64,000 bases of DNA from an uncultured Planctomycetia bacterium (lineage in GTDB: Bacteria; Omnitrophota; Gorgyraeia; Gorgyraeales; Gorgyraeaceae). Positions 19,453 to 29,679 of this stretch are shown piece by piece. Each line of letters begins with the position of its first letter. Positions within the stretch are counted from its first letter, which is position 1. The notes beneath the pieces were generated by a model. The model made no database searches. It saw only the letters and a program-made list of their open reading frames with translations, and had not been told where the DNA came from. Position numbers and translations under genes: made by a program. The stretch spans positions 30,923-94,922 of the forward strand of contig CAZMID010000002.1 in assembly GCA_964566255.1 (NCBI GenBank), read 5' to 3'.

Positions 19453-20993
19453 TAATAGCATGTATTGTTTTTTTTACGCCACTAGTTCTACAGGCAAATC
19501 CCTCAGTGGATGTTCCTGCAAGGCACTGGAGTTACGATGCAATAGAGAAATTAGCTATATTGGGCCTTGCTGATATCGCGGATATAGGTGTGCGACCAGC
19601 CTCCCGTATAAAGATGGCGTATATAGTAAAAAGCGCCATTGAAAAAACACATGATTATAAAGTGGATTTTGAGTGGCATGAACAGGAGTACTTAGAGGAA
19701 ATTCTATATAATCTTATAGAAGAATTTAGGGAAGAGCTTGTTACGATAGGAGTTGATGTTGTTGCACTGAGGAATGGTAAGCCTAAAAGATACTTTTTCA
19801 GTGTTCCAGAATTGAATGTTGAAAAGACCTACGCCAAACTTGATAAAGACAGAGTGCTCTTTGAAAATAAAGATGGATGGAATTTAAGAGATGGCTTTAA
19901 TGTCCGTGTTAAACTAACGAATTGGGCAAAGATAGATGATGCTTTTGCTATATCGCTTACCCCGGGTATTAGATATTCATCAGAAGACATGGACATAGAT
20001 TTTGAAAATGCCCATATAAGATTTGCTCACCCAGGCTATAATATGGAACTCGCAGTAGGGCGGAGCGCAATGTGGTGGGGGCCAGGATTTAATGGGAGCT
20101 TACTTTTGACTGACAATGCCTTTCCGCTTGATACGGTGAGATTTAATAATATCTATCCTTTTAGATTGCCATGGACCCTCAGAAAACTTGGTAGGTTTAA
20201 TGCTCAAATTTTTATATCAAGGCTTGAAGAGAAGCGTAGTATTCCTCATGCATGGCTATGTGGCTGGAGAGTAGATTATGTGCCACAGGACTTTTTGAAG
20301 ATTGGTTTTAGTCATATGCTGATGTTTGGGGGTAAAGGTGTTAAAAGACTAGGTTTTTCTAATTTCTGGAGCTCAGCCTCTTTAGTATTTAGTGCGGCTG
20401 GAGGAGGGACTGAGACCGAAAATCATATAATATCAGGAGATGCACAGTTATTTATAAGACGCATAGATAGATACTTACCGATAGCTACAGGTGCAAAGCT
20501 TTATACAGAATGGGGTGCAGAGGATGAAGCTGGCAATGTTCCAAAGGACATAGCTTTTATAACAGGAATATATTTTACAGATGTATTTAAGGTTACAGGT
20601 TTTGATAGTAAAATAGAATTTGCAAAATTTGACGAGAACTGGTATACGCATTTTAGATATGGCTCAGGTTATACACGAAGAGGTAATCTAATAGGACACA
20701 GCGTTGGTGGGGATTCAGAGAGTATTGCAACAACATTGATATTCAGTTTTCCTAATAAGTATGAAACGGACATAGCTTTCGAACACCGTCGTCAAGGTCT
20801 TCACGAAGCCAATATTGAGACCATAAGCGAGTTTAAGATGGGATTTAGCGTAAAAGATCCCCTAAATATATACAATATAGAGAACATTGATATAGATGTA
20901 TTTTATGAGTTTGAAGATATTAAGAATTATAATAATACTACAGAGAAGGCAGAAAATCACATTTTCGGTATAGAGGCAACAAGAAAATTCTAA
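19431..20993 (+). CDS. Capsule assembly Wzi-family outer-membrane protein with SLH-like N-terminus
   Basis: Signal peptide, [49 protein letters not shown]-terminal Phe. Confidence 0.8.
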   Translation: MVRRIGIIIACIVFFTPLVLQANPSVDVPARHWSYDAIEKLAILGLADIADIGVRPASRIKMAYIVKSAIEKTHDYKVDFEWHEQEYLEEILYNLIEEFREELVTIGVDVVALRNGKPKRYFFSVPELNVEKTYAKLDKDRVLFENKDGWNLRDGFNVRVKLTNWAKIDDAFAISLTPGIRYSSEDMDIDFENAHIRFAHPGYNMELAVGRSAMWWGPGFNGSLLLTDNAFPLDTVRFNNIYPFRLPWTLRKLGRFNAQIFISRLEEKRSIPHAWLCGWRVDYVPQDFLKIGFSHMLMFGGKGVKRLGFSNFWSSASLVFSAAGGGTETENHIISGDAQLFIRRIDRYLPIATGAKLYTEWGAEDEAGNVPKDIAFITGIYFTDVFKVTGFDSKIEFAKFDENWYTHFRYGSGYTRRGNLIGHSVGGDSESIATTLIFSFPNKYETDIAFEHRRQGLHEANIETISEFKMGFSVKDPLNIYNIENIDIDVFYEFEDIKNYNNTTEKAENHIFGIEATRKF

Positions 20994-21003
20994 GGAGGAA
21001 GTC

Positions 21004-23904
21004 ATGTTAAAGAAAAACTTTAATATTCATTTGTTTTTATCAATTGTATTTCTGTTGACCACAGTTTTTCCACCATCTTTATTTTCTTACCAAGAAAGTC
21101 CTTATGGTACTGGTTATAGTTCAGATAGTGGCTGGGTAGATGAATCACTTGATTACAGGCCAGTGACTTACAAAAAGGTACGTTGTTCACGCTGCGGCAT
21201 GGAATTTTATTATGTTCCAGGGAAGGAATGTCCTCATTCTCATTGGATACATTATGAGATTCCCAGAGAGGATTTATCAGAAGATTCTACTTCGGATTTT
21301 GAGAAAGAGACCCAATATAACACGGAATTAGACAAAGATAAAAAGAAGGGGGCGTTGTCTAATTTACTCAGACAGAAAAAAGAGGGCGATGATAAAATCA
21401 CCAGAAAGATTAAGAGGCGTTTGCACAAGAGAGAAGGTGAAAACAGAGATTTTTCCATTTTTGAATCAGAGGACTCTAAGTCTAAGCAGGAGCGTCGTTA
21501 TGAACTTCGCCAGAAACTGACCTGTCCATACGATGGGCATGAGTTTTTTCCTGAAGGTGACTTAGTAGAAGATGTAAAATTGCTACAAAAGGATCCTCCT
21601 ATTGAACAACCATCTGCTATAGAATCAAGTTTTACAAGGTCTATTCCTTTTGGAGTTTCAAAAGAATTAAAACAGTTTGGATATGATTTATTTAAAATCT
21701 TTGGAGACAGCTCTAGGAAAGAGAAAGAGCAATCTATAGCTACAGGAGAAGCCGGGGGTGCCTTAACTACATTAGGTATATTAAAAGATGCACTTTCCCC
21801 TGGTAGAGGTTCTGAAGGTGTTAAAATTGGTTCTAATATAGCAGTTGTGGCTGTTGAACCTGATTATATTATTGGTCCAGGAGATACAATGGTTGTTAAT
21901 ATATGGGGGAGTGTTCAGCAGAATTTTCCTATAGAGGTTGATGGGGAAGGTAAGATTATGCTTCCAAAAGCAGGACCCCTTTATGTCTGGGGTTTAAGAT
22001 TCAAAGATGCCGAAACTAAAATTAGAGAACAACTTGATAAATATTTCGCAAATTTAGAAATAGGTGTTTCAATGGGTAAGTTGCGCAACGTCAAGGTTTA
22101 TATATTAGGAGAGGTTAAAAAACCAGGTTTCTATAGTATGAAGTCGCGCTCAACCATTTTTCAAGCCTTATATGCAGCAGGTGGACCTACCAAGATGGGT
22201 TCTTTAAGAAAGATTAAGCTTATACAGGCAGACGGGAGAGAACAAACAATAGATGCATATTCTTTTCTTTTGGGGGGGAGTAGGAAGGAGTATTTTCAAA
22301 TTCAGTCAGGCGATACCATATTTGTCCCTCCAGTAGGTGATGTGGTCGCTATTGCTGGAAATGTAAAACGACCTGCGATATATGAAACAAAGAGCAAAAT
22401 ACCTTTGAGTGACTTATTGAGTTTTGCAGGAGGTATGATGCCTACAGCAGATTTTCAACATATTCAGATAGAACGCGTTAGAAATAATGAAAGACGAGTA
22501 ATGCTAGATATAGAATTAGAGCCTTCAGAACTAGGAGGGTTTTCATTAGATGGTATCGATTTGCAGAATGGTGACATGGTGATTGTTTCACCTATAGTAA
22601 GGTTGAAACATGATTTTGTATCTATACTTGGGAATGTTGAACGGCCAGGTGATTATGCTTTAACAAAAGATATGAAAGTAGATGATCTTATAAAGATGGC
22701 AAAGGGATTTTTGCCTGGAACCTATTTATCTAGGGCAGAGATAAGTAGAGTTACCAAGGATAGGACACGCCAAACTATCCCGGTAAATTTAGATAAGCTG
22801 AGAACTGGAGTAAAAGAAGAAAATATACTCTTGAATGAATGGGATATTTTGTTTATATATTCTCATGCAGAAGTTAATCCACCTTCATTTGTGGAGATAG
22901 ATGGGGCAGTTAACAAACCAGGTAAATATGAACTTACGCCTGCCATGAAAGTTTCAGATCTTATTTTCAAAGCAGGAGGCGTTAGGCCAGGAGATGTTAT
23001 AGAAGAGGCAGAGTTGTTTCATATTATGCCAGGAGAATCACCCGTTATTAGAAAGATTGCAGTAAAGAGACTGTTCGATGCTAAGGTTTCTGTTGATAAA
23101 GATATCATACTTCGTGCAGGAGATACACTCTTTGTAAAATCAGAACCAAAGCTTACTGAGAGAAGGACAGTTGTTATTGAAGGTGAAGTAAAATATCCAG
23201 GAAAGTATTCTATTAAAGAAGGAGAAACAATCAGTTCTCTTATTGAGCGTGCTGGAGGATTTACAGAAGAAGCATTTTTAGAAGGATCTGTATTCACCCG
23301 AGAATCCATAAAGAAAGCTCAGGAAAAGATGAGACAGCGTTTTATTGTAAGGGAAACTAGGGCCCTTCTTGAAGAGCAGCAGTCGGTTTTACTGAGGAGA
23401 GGATCTGATGTAGATATAGCCCAGGTAGCTGAATCTGTAAAGATGAGAAGCGAGATGTTAGATTTTATCAGATCAGCTGAAATAGAGGGTCGTATGGTAA
23501 TACGACTTACAGATATCGCAGAATTAAGAGGATCTAACTGTGACATTTTGCTAGAAGATAAGGATGCTATTATTGTACCGCAAATACCCTCATCTGTTGC
23601 AGTAATAGGAAGTGTAAATAATCCAACATCTGTTCCCTTTGAAAAGAATAAGAGTATTGAATATTATATTCATAAGACAGGTGGCCTGACAAAGCATGCA
23701 GACAAAAGCGGCATATATGTTATGCGGGCCAATGGTGAGGCAGTTAGCAAGTTTATGATGTCTAAAAAAGTTGAACGAGGCGATACAGTAATTATTCCGC
23801 AGGAATTTAGATATTGGACACCACCAGGACAGCTTTTGCGTGATACTGTAGAAATTCTATCTCGCATTATCGTTGGTATTGGTATAATTGCTGCTTTAGA
23901 CTAG
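21004..23904 (+). CDS. Polysaccharide export protein (Wza/KpsD-like) with multiple SLBB repeats
   Basis: QFGYDLF, YIIGPGD Poly_export domain, repeated G.VKKPG.Y / AGG SLBB motifs. Confidence 0.9.
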   Translation: MLKKNFNIHLFLSIVFLLTTVFPPSLFSYQESPYGTGYSSDSGWVDESLDYRPVTYKKVRCSRCGMEFYYVPGKECPHSHWIHYEIPREDLSEDSTSDFEKETQYNTELDKDKKKGALSNLLRQKKEGDDKITRKIKRRLHKREGENRDFSIFESEDSKSKQERRYELRQKLTCPYDGHEFFPEGDLVEDVKLLQKDPPIEQPSAIESSFTRSIPFGVSKELKQFGYDLFKIFGDSSRKEKEQSIATGEAGGALTTLGILKDALSPGRGSEGVKIGSNIAVVAVEPDYIIGPGDTMVVNIWGSVQQNFPIEVDGEGKIMLPKAGPLYVWGLRFKDAETKIREQLDKYFANLEIGVSMGKLRNVKVYILGEVKKPGFYSMKSRSTIFQALYAAGGPTKMGSLRKIKLIQADGREQTIDAYSFLLGGSRKEYFQIQSGDTIFVPPVGDVVAIAGNVKRPAIYETKSKIPLSDLLSFAGGMMPTADFQHIQIERVRNNERRVMLDIELEPSELGGFSLDGIDLQNGDMVIVSPIVRLKHDFVSILGNVERPGDYALTKDMKVDDLIKMAKGFLPGTYLSRAEISRVTKDRTRQTIPVNLDKLRTGVKEENILLNEWDILFIYSHAEVNPPSFVEIDGAVNKPGKYELTPAMKVSDLIFKAGGVRPGDVIEEAELFHIMPGESPVIRKIAVKRLFDAKVSVDKDIILRAGDTLFVKSEPKLTERRTVVIEGEVKYPGKYSIKEGETISSLIERAGGFTEEAFLEGSVFTRESIKKAQEKMRQRFIVRETRALLEEQQSVLLRRGSDVDIAQVAESVKMRSEMLDFIRSAEIEGRMVIRLTDIAELRGSNCDILLEDKDAIIVPQIPSSVAVIGSVNNPTSVPFEKNKSIEYYIHKTGGLTKHADKSGIYVMRANGEAVSKFMMSKKVERGDTVIIPQEFRYWTPPGQLLRDTVEILSRIIVGIGIIAALD

Positions 23905-23920
23905 AACAAAGGAGAATCCC

Positions 23921-24526
23921 ATGAGTTACGAATTTAGCATTCTGTATTGCATTAATCTTTACAAAAAATACTGGAAACCTCTAGTATTGATAGTTATTCT
24001 TTCTGTCTTTTTAGCAGCCTTTTCCTCATTACGAAAACCACCAACATATGCTTCGACAATTAGGCTCCTAATGAAGACAGGTAATGAACCTGTAGCTTCT
24101 CGGTTAGATAATCTGTTGGGTATTTCAACGGCAAACTCCCTTGATATTATTACTGCTATAGTTACAAGTAGGCGCATGGCACAGGATATTAACGAAAGAT
24201 TTAAACTTGGAGAAAACCCAAAGCTTTGGTGGAGGGTTCATACATATAGAGTAATGGCTGGGATGGGGATAGAGATAAGAGGTCCTGATCCTCGCTTTGC
24301 ACAGAAAGTTGCAGAGTTTACCATAGAGAATATTGACAAAATAAATTCTGAATTAAAAATTACAACCGATGATCCAATGGTGAAAATATTGGATCCAGCT
24401 ACCTATGGAGTTCGACAATCGAGAGGCACCCTAAGAAAAATGATTGTTGCTGGAATGTTTTCATTTTTAGCCTTTACCTTGTGCCTCTTTTTCTTGGATT
24501 ACTTTAAAAAAATGAAGATATCATAA
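23921..24526 (+). CDS. Short Wzz/PCP-like polysaccharide co-polymerase (no kinase domain)
   Basis: Two TM segments flanking a periplasmic region; P.Y.ST, I.TSRRMA, ILDPA motifs; follows the Wza-like gene. Confidence 0.7.
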   Translation: MSYEFSILYCINLYKKYWKPLVLIVILSVFLAAFSSLRKPPTYASTIRLLMKTGNEPVASRLDNLLGISTANSLDIITAIVTSRRMAQDINERFKLGENPKLWWRVHTYRVMAGMGIEIRGPDPRFAQKVAEFTIENIDKINSELKITTDDPMVKILDPATYGVRQSRGTLRKMIVAGMFSFLAFTLCLFFLDYFKKMKIS

Positions 24527-24532
24527 AAAGAT

Positions 24533-25261
24533 ATGAAGGTAACCTTACTTGTACCAACTTTAAACGAGATAGAAGGCATGAAGAAGATAATGCCTAGAAT
24601 AAAGAATGACTGGGTCGATCAGATTATTATTGTTGATGGAAATTCTACTGATGGTACATTTGAATATGCCAAGGGAAATGGATATTTTGTTTTTAGGCAA
24701 AAGGAAAAGGGAATACGACATGCGTATATTGAAGCCTTGAAATATATAGAAGGAGATGTAGTAATTACCTTTAGCCCAGATGGAAACTCGATCCCTGAAC
24801 TTATCCTGCCGCTGGTGGAAAAGATGAAAGAGGGCTATGATATGGTGATAGCTTCTCGCTATGCCAAAGGCGCAAAGAGTTATGATGATGACAGGGTTAC
24901 TGCTTTTGGAAATTTCATGTTTACTTCACTTATAAATCTCTTTTACAGGGCAAACTATACAGATGCAATGGTAATGTTTCGTGCATGGAAAAAAGATATT
25001 TTTTATGCACTAGATTTAGATAAGGAACGTAGTTACTCTTTAGAAGAAAAAATTTTTCGTACTAAAATAGGTATTGAGCCACTGCTGTCTATCAGGGCTG
25101 CCAAAAGAGGATTAAAATGCGCAGACATCCCAGGGGATGAACCATCTCGAATAGGCGGAGAGAGAAAATTACAGGTTTTTAAATGGGGTAGTGCCTATCT
25201 TTTTGAAGTTTTTAGGGAGTTATTTTTTGGTCTTAAAAGAAACAAAGGAGTCAAGCGATGA
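24533..25261 (+). CDS. GT2 glycosyltransferase (DPM1/ArnC-like), paralog 1
   Basis: PTLNE, VDGNSTDGT, FSPDGN, GYDMVIASRY, DEPSRIGG. Confidence 0.88.
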   Translation: MKVTLLVPTLNEIEGMKKIMPRIKNDWVDQIIIVDGNSTDGTFEYAKGNGYFVFRQKEKGIRHAYIEALKYIEGDVVITFSPDGNSIPELILPLVEKMKEGYDMVIASRYAKGAKSYDDDRVTAFGNFMFTSLINLFYRANYTDAMVMFRAWKKDIFYALDLDKERSYSLEEKIFRTKIGIEPLLSIRAAKRGLKCADIPGDEPSRIGGERKLQVFKWGSAYLFEVFRELFFGLKRNKGVKR

Positions 25262-26190
25262 AAATATTAGTTACAGGGGCAGCGGGTTATATAGGATCAG
25301 TTTTAACACCAAAACTATTGCAAAAAGGTCATAAGGTTATTGCTGTAGATAATTTTATGTATGGCCAAACCTCTTTATTAGATTCTTGTCATTATGATAA
25401 TCTGACTATTGTCCGCGGAGATGCTCGCGATAAAAAGTTAGTCACGAAACATCTCAGAGAGGTCGATGCTATCTTTCCTTTAGCTTGCCTTACAGGTGCA
25501 CCACTTTGTTCTAAGGATCCCTTTAATGCTAAGGCTGTCAATTTTGATGCGGTTAAGATGATTTTAGATTTACGCAGCAGAGGTCAAATAATAATCTTCC
25601 CTACTACAAACAGTGGTTATGGTATCGGGCAGAAGGGAGTCCATTGTACAGAGAGAACACCCTTAAATCCCGTTTCTTTTTATGGAAAACTAAAGGTAGA
25701 CCTAGAAAAAATGATTCTGGATTCCAAGAGTTGCATCACCTTAAGACTTGCTACTGCTTTTGGCATTAGCCCACGCATGAGGCTTGATCTCCTTGTCAAT
25801 GATTTTATTTATCGAGCTGTTATGGACCGGTATCTCGTTCTTTTTCAGGCACATTTTAAGAGGAATTACATACATGTGCAGGATGTTGCAAGGGCGTTTA
25901 TACATTCTTTAGAAAATTTTGATAGTATGAAAAACGAACCATACAATGTAGGTTTGAGTGATGCCAATTTAAGTAAATGGGAGCTATGTGAAGAGATAAA
26001 AAAACACCTTCCAGAATTTTATTTCACTGAATCTCAAATAGGAGAAGATCCTGATAAAAGGGATTATGTCGTAAGCAATGAGAAGATTGAAAAGACACGC
26101 TTTAAACCTGATGTGTCTCTTCAAATAGGTATTAGAGAGTTAATAAAGGGATATCAAATTATAAGAAGGAATCAGTTTTCCAATATTTAG
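25258..26190 (+). CDS. NAD-dependent GDP-heptose C4 oxidoreductase (Campylobacter Cj1427/WcaG-like)
   Basis: GAAGYIGSVL, GAPLC, P.TNSGYG, FGISPRMRLDLLVNDF, HFKRNYIH, GEDPDKRDY match the Cj1427 pattern as recalled; hddA/hddC nearby. Confidence 0.78.
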   Translation: MKILVTGAAGYIGSVLTPKLLQKGHKVIAVDNFMYGQTSLLDSCHYDNLTIVRGDARDKKLVTKHLREVDAIFPLACLTGAPLCSKDPFNAKAVNFDAVKMILDLRSRGQIIIFPTTNSGYGIGQKGVHCTERTPLNPVSFYGKLKVDLEKMILDSKSCITLRLATAFGISPRMRLDLLVNDFIYRAVMDRYLVLFQAHFKRNYIHVQDVARAFIHSLENFDSMKNEPYNVGLSDANLSKWELCEEIKKHLPEFYFTESQIGEDPDKRDYVVSNEKIEKTRFKPDVSLQIGIRELIKGYQIIRRNQFSNI

Positions 26191-26195
26191 GTTTT

Positions 26196-27953
26196 ATGGC
26201 AGGAGTAAAAGAATTTTATAAAAGGGATAAAAGCCTCTTAATCATTTTTATGATTATGGTAGCTTATTATATACAGCATCTAGTAAGCTTTCGCTTAGGT
26301 ATAAATTTTGAAGAGTGCCGTGATCCAAATGCCTACCTTTTGGCTATGGAAGGCCATTTACCGTATCGAGATTTCGCCTGGTTTTATGGACCTTTTTCTT
26401 TCTTTGTCTATCCATTTATTATGAAGATCTTTGGTGTAAATTTGCTTGTTTTGAGACTTAGCTATATAATACTCGCTTCTTTTACTATACCCCTTGCTTA
26501 TTTTTTGGCTAGAAGGATACTACCTTATTTTTGGGCAGGAGTGGCTAGTTTTTTATCGATCGTCTTTTTTGATACACCTTATTATGCATTTAATCATATT
26601 TTCACTGTACTAGGAGGATTGGCGTGTTTGTTGATGGTTTGTAGATTTATAGAAAGAAATGAACAGATTTCCAATCTTTTTTGGGCAGGCATTTTTGCTG
26701 GTGTAGTAGTATTGACAAAACCTTTATTGTCAGGGCTTGTCTTATTTATAGCTGTTTCTTTATATCTATTGCTTTTCAGAGAATTAGGAGAATTAAAGAA
26801 GAGATTTAAGAATTATATGATCTTTGCTATAAGCATGTTCTTTTTGATTTTGCTGTATCTTTTGTACCTCTATTTCCAGACTACGCTTAAAGGTTTAACC
26901 ATAGCTTATCCATTTTTAGGTAGGGATTCACTGGTAGCTATTGAGAATATGCATGGGAATACAAAATTTTGGCCTTTGTTTTTGATGTTGGTCGAAAGGC
27001 TCAAAGGCATAATTCCAATAGCCGAGATTGTGAGCATATCCTCATTTAACGAGCTCAAAGGGCTTATGGTTGATTTTTTTGATGACTTTATTTTTCTCTT
27101 GCCTTTTATGGCATCTGGCCTAATCTTTTTAGTTTACATTGTTTCTAAATCCAACAAGATTACCCCATGGCTTAAGGAGAAAGTTCTTCTGGATAAAAAG
27201 TTCTTATTAATGTTTATCATTTTCTCTATTTTTATTTCTCTGGAAGGTATAAAGGTAGGCCACAGGTATAACAGGGCATATACCATGCAGGTTCCTTTCA
27301 TTCTCACCGTCTACATACTCTATTTTATAAAAAGCATTTGTTCTCGCAGGCGTATACTTACGGCAATTTTCGTAACATTATTTTTGTTTTATCTTAGTTT
27401 TTTGCATTTTTTTCGTTATCCGTACTCAATGATTAGAAAATACACTGAGCCTTTGAATCTTGATCGCGCTAGAATATTTCTTACGCTTCCAGAGAAGGAA
27501 TTATATCAATCCCTGGTGAGTCATCTTTCGGCTAATTTCAAAAAAGAAGACAGGATGGCTGTTATAGGTTATTCAGGCTGTTATTCTCAATTTAGTTTCT
27601 TAACTAAACAAAGAAATGTTTTTGAAGATCATGAATTTATATTTGCAAAGCTTAAATCTTTACTAAATACTTCATATAAAAGAGAGGAAGTAAAACCACA
27701 ATTGGCTTCTTTCGAAGATAGGATAATATCTAGAATGGAGAGAGAAAAACCCAAGATCATTTTGATTATAGTCAAAGATTCCTTACAGGATCAAAGGTTG
27801 AAAGATTACAAATTTTTATCCTCAAGGATAAAATCTTATATAAAAAGGAACTATTTATTTGATAAGGTATTTGGGCCGGCAGATATTCATGGACTTGGAG
27901 GCAGGATAGGCTGGATTAACCTATACAAATTAAAAGGAGCGTCACGATCATGA
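26196..27953 (+). CDS. Multi-pass GT-C-like glycosyltransferase (ArnT/PMT_2-like)
   Basis: About 10 hydrophobic segments, acidic first loop (NFEECRD) followed by G.LPYRDF..FYGP, soluble C-terminal domain. Confidence 0.7.
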   Translation: MAGVKEFYKRDKSLLIIFMIMVAYYIQHLVSFRLGINFEECRDPNAYLLAMEGHLPYRDFAWFYGPFSFFVYPFIMKIFGVNLLVLRLSYIILASFTIPLAYFLARRILPYFWAGVASFLSIVFFDTPYYAFNHIFTVLGGLACLLMVCRFIERNEQISNLFWAGIFAGVVVLTKPLLSGLVLFIAVSLYLLLFRELGELKKRFKNYMIFAISMFFLILLYLLYLYFQTTLKGLTIAYPFLGRDSLVAIENMHGNTKFWPLFLMLVERLKGIIPIAEIVSISSFNELKGLMVDFFDDFIFLLPFMASGLIFLVYIVSKSNKITPWLKEKVLLDKKFLLMFIIFSIFISLEGIKVGHRYNRAYTMQVPFILTVYILYFIKSICSRRRILTAIFVTLFLFYLSFLHFFRYPYSMIRKYTEPLNLDRARIFLTLPEKELYQSLVSHLSANFKKEDRMAVIGYSGCYSQFSFLTKQRNVFEDHEFIFAKLKSLLNTSYKREEVKPQLASFEDRIISRMEREKPKIILIIVKDSLQDQRLKDYKFLSSRIKSYIKRNYLFDKVFGPADIHGLGGRIGWINLYKLKGASRS

Positions 27954-28954
27954 TTATAAACAGAACCCCATTTCGTATTTCTTTTTTTGGTGGAGGAACA
28001 GATTATCCGGTCTGGTATAGAGAAAATGGCGGGGCAGTATTGGCTACAACGATAAACAAATATTGTTACCTGAATTGTCGATATTTACCGCCTTTTTTTG
28101 AACATAGATCCCGGGTTACCTATTCCAAAATAGAACTTATTAAGGATAAAGATGAAATTGTACATCCTTCTGTCAGAGAGTGTCTGCGATTTATGGAGAT
28201 AGACAGAGGCATAGAGATTCATCACGATGGAGATCTTCCTGCAAGGACAGGTGTGGGTTCAAGTTCTGCTTTTACTGTTGGATTGCTCCATTCACTTTAT
28301 GCATTAAAGGGAAGCATGCCTACTAAAAGGCAGTTGGCACTTGACGCCATCCATATCGAGCAACAAAGAATAGAGGAAAATGTTGGATCTCAGGATCAGG
28401 TACAGGTTGCCTTCGGCGGTTTTAATTTGATAAAATTTGGAGGAAAAGATCATATTAACGTTATGCCAATGACAATAAGTCATCAGAGATTGGAGCTTTT
28501 TCAAGATCACCTGATGCTTTTCTTTACAGGATTTTCTCGGACAGCTTCAGAGATTGCTGCAGAACAGATCAAGGTAACGCCCTATAAGAAAAAAGAATTA
28601 GGTCAGATGCATGAGATGGTAGGTGTTGCCTTGGAGATTCTTAACAGTAATGCTGATTTATTGGATTTTGGGAAGCTTATGCATGAAAATTGGCAGATTA
28701 AACGTAGTCTTTCCAATAAGATATCTACTTCTATAATTGACGAGATGTATTCTGCTGCTATTGAGGCTGGTGCTTTAGGTGGAAAGTTATTAGGCGCTGG
28801 CGGTGGTGGTTTTATGCTGATTTTTGCTAAGCCAGAGATCCAACCAAAAATAAAGGAAAAATTGAAAAAACTTTTATATGTACCTTTTAGATTTGAAGAT
28901 TCAGGAAGTCAGATTATATTTTATAGCCCGGATAATTCTTTTATAAGGGTATGA
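27950..28954 (+). CDS. hddA: D-glycero-D-manno-heptose 7-phosphate kinase (GHMP family)
   Basis: TPFRISFFGGGTD, PARTGVGSSS, GSQDQ, GGKLLGAGGGGF. Confidence 0.9.
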   Translation: MIINRTPFRISFFGGGTDYPVWYRENGGAVLATTINKYCYLNCRYLPPFFEHRSRVTYSKIELIKDKDEIVHPSVRECLRFMEIDRGIEIHHDGDLPARTGVGSSSAFTVGLLHSLYALKGSMPTKRQLALDAIHIEQQRIEENVGSQDQVQVAFGGFNLIKFGGKDHINVMPMTISHQRLELFQDHLMLFFTGFSRTASEIAAEQIKVTPYKKKELGQMHEMVGVALEILNSNADLLDFGKLMHENWQIKRSLSNKISTSIIDEMYSAAIEAGALGGKLLGAGGGGFMLIFAKPEIQPKIKEKLKKLLYVPFRFEDSGSQIIFYSPDNSFIRV

Positions 28955-29679
28955 AGAGTAACATTGAGGTAAAAGATGTGGATGTAGTTATACTTTGCGG
29001 AGGTAAAGGAGAACGCTTAAAGTCTGTTATTAATGATTGCCCAAAGCCTATGGCTGATATTAATGGCAGTCCTTTTTTGGATATTCTTATTGATTATGTG
29101 GCAAGTTTTGGATTTAGACGTTTTATATTATGTACAGGTTTTATGGGCGGGACGATCAAACGATATTATCAAAAGAGAAAGGATCCTTTAGAGGTATTGT
29201 TTTCAGAAGAGAAAGAGGCTTTAGGTACGGCTGGAGCAATAAAAAATGCAGAAACCATTATAAGAAGCAATCCTTTCCTGGTGCTTAACGGTGATTCATT
29301 TTGTCGGATTGATTTAAAGGAATTTATTGATTTTTATTTTGCTAAAAAAGCAATGTTTTCTGTAGTTCTGGTTAAAGGTGCAAAAGGATCTCGTAAACAG
29401 TGTGGTGTAGTTAAGATAGGAGCATTGCAGCAGGTTATTAGATTTGACGAGAAGGTGGAGATAGTTGGTAGTAGTTTTTTTAATGCCGGAATTTATCTTT
29501 TTGAAAGAAGTATTTTTTCCATGATCCCAAGCAATAAAAATTTCTCTTTTGAATATGATTTGTTTCCTAAAATTATTGATAGACCTTTTTATGGATTCGT
29601 CAGTGAAGAAGAGATGGTAGACATTGGGACTCCTCAAAGATATATGAAAGCAAAGAAATATTTTGAAGGAATAAGATGA
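28951..29679 (+). CDS. hddC: Heptose 1-phosphate guanylyltransferase-like nucleotidyltransferase
   Basis: LCGGKGERL, PKPMA, LGTAGAI, NGDS, NAGIY, DIGTP; coupled to hddA. Confidence 0.82.
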   Translation: MKSNIEVKDVDVVILCGGKGERLKSVINDCPKPMADINGSPFLDILIDYVASFGFRRFILCTGFMGGTIKRYYQKRKDPLEVLFSEEKEALGTAGAIKNAETIIRSNPFLVLNGDSFCRIDLKEFIDFYFAKKAMFSVVLVKGAKGSRKQCGVVKIGALQQVIRFDEKVEIVGSSFFNAGIYLFERSIFSMIPSNKNFSFEYDLFPKIIDRPFYGFVSEEEMVDIGTPQRYMKAKKYFEGIR

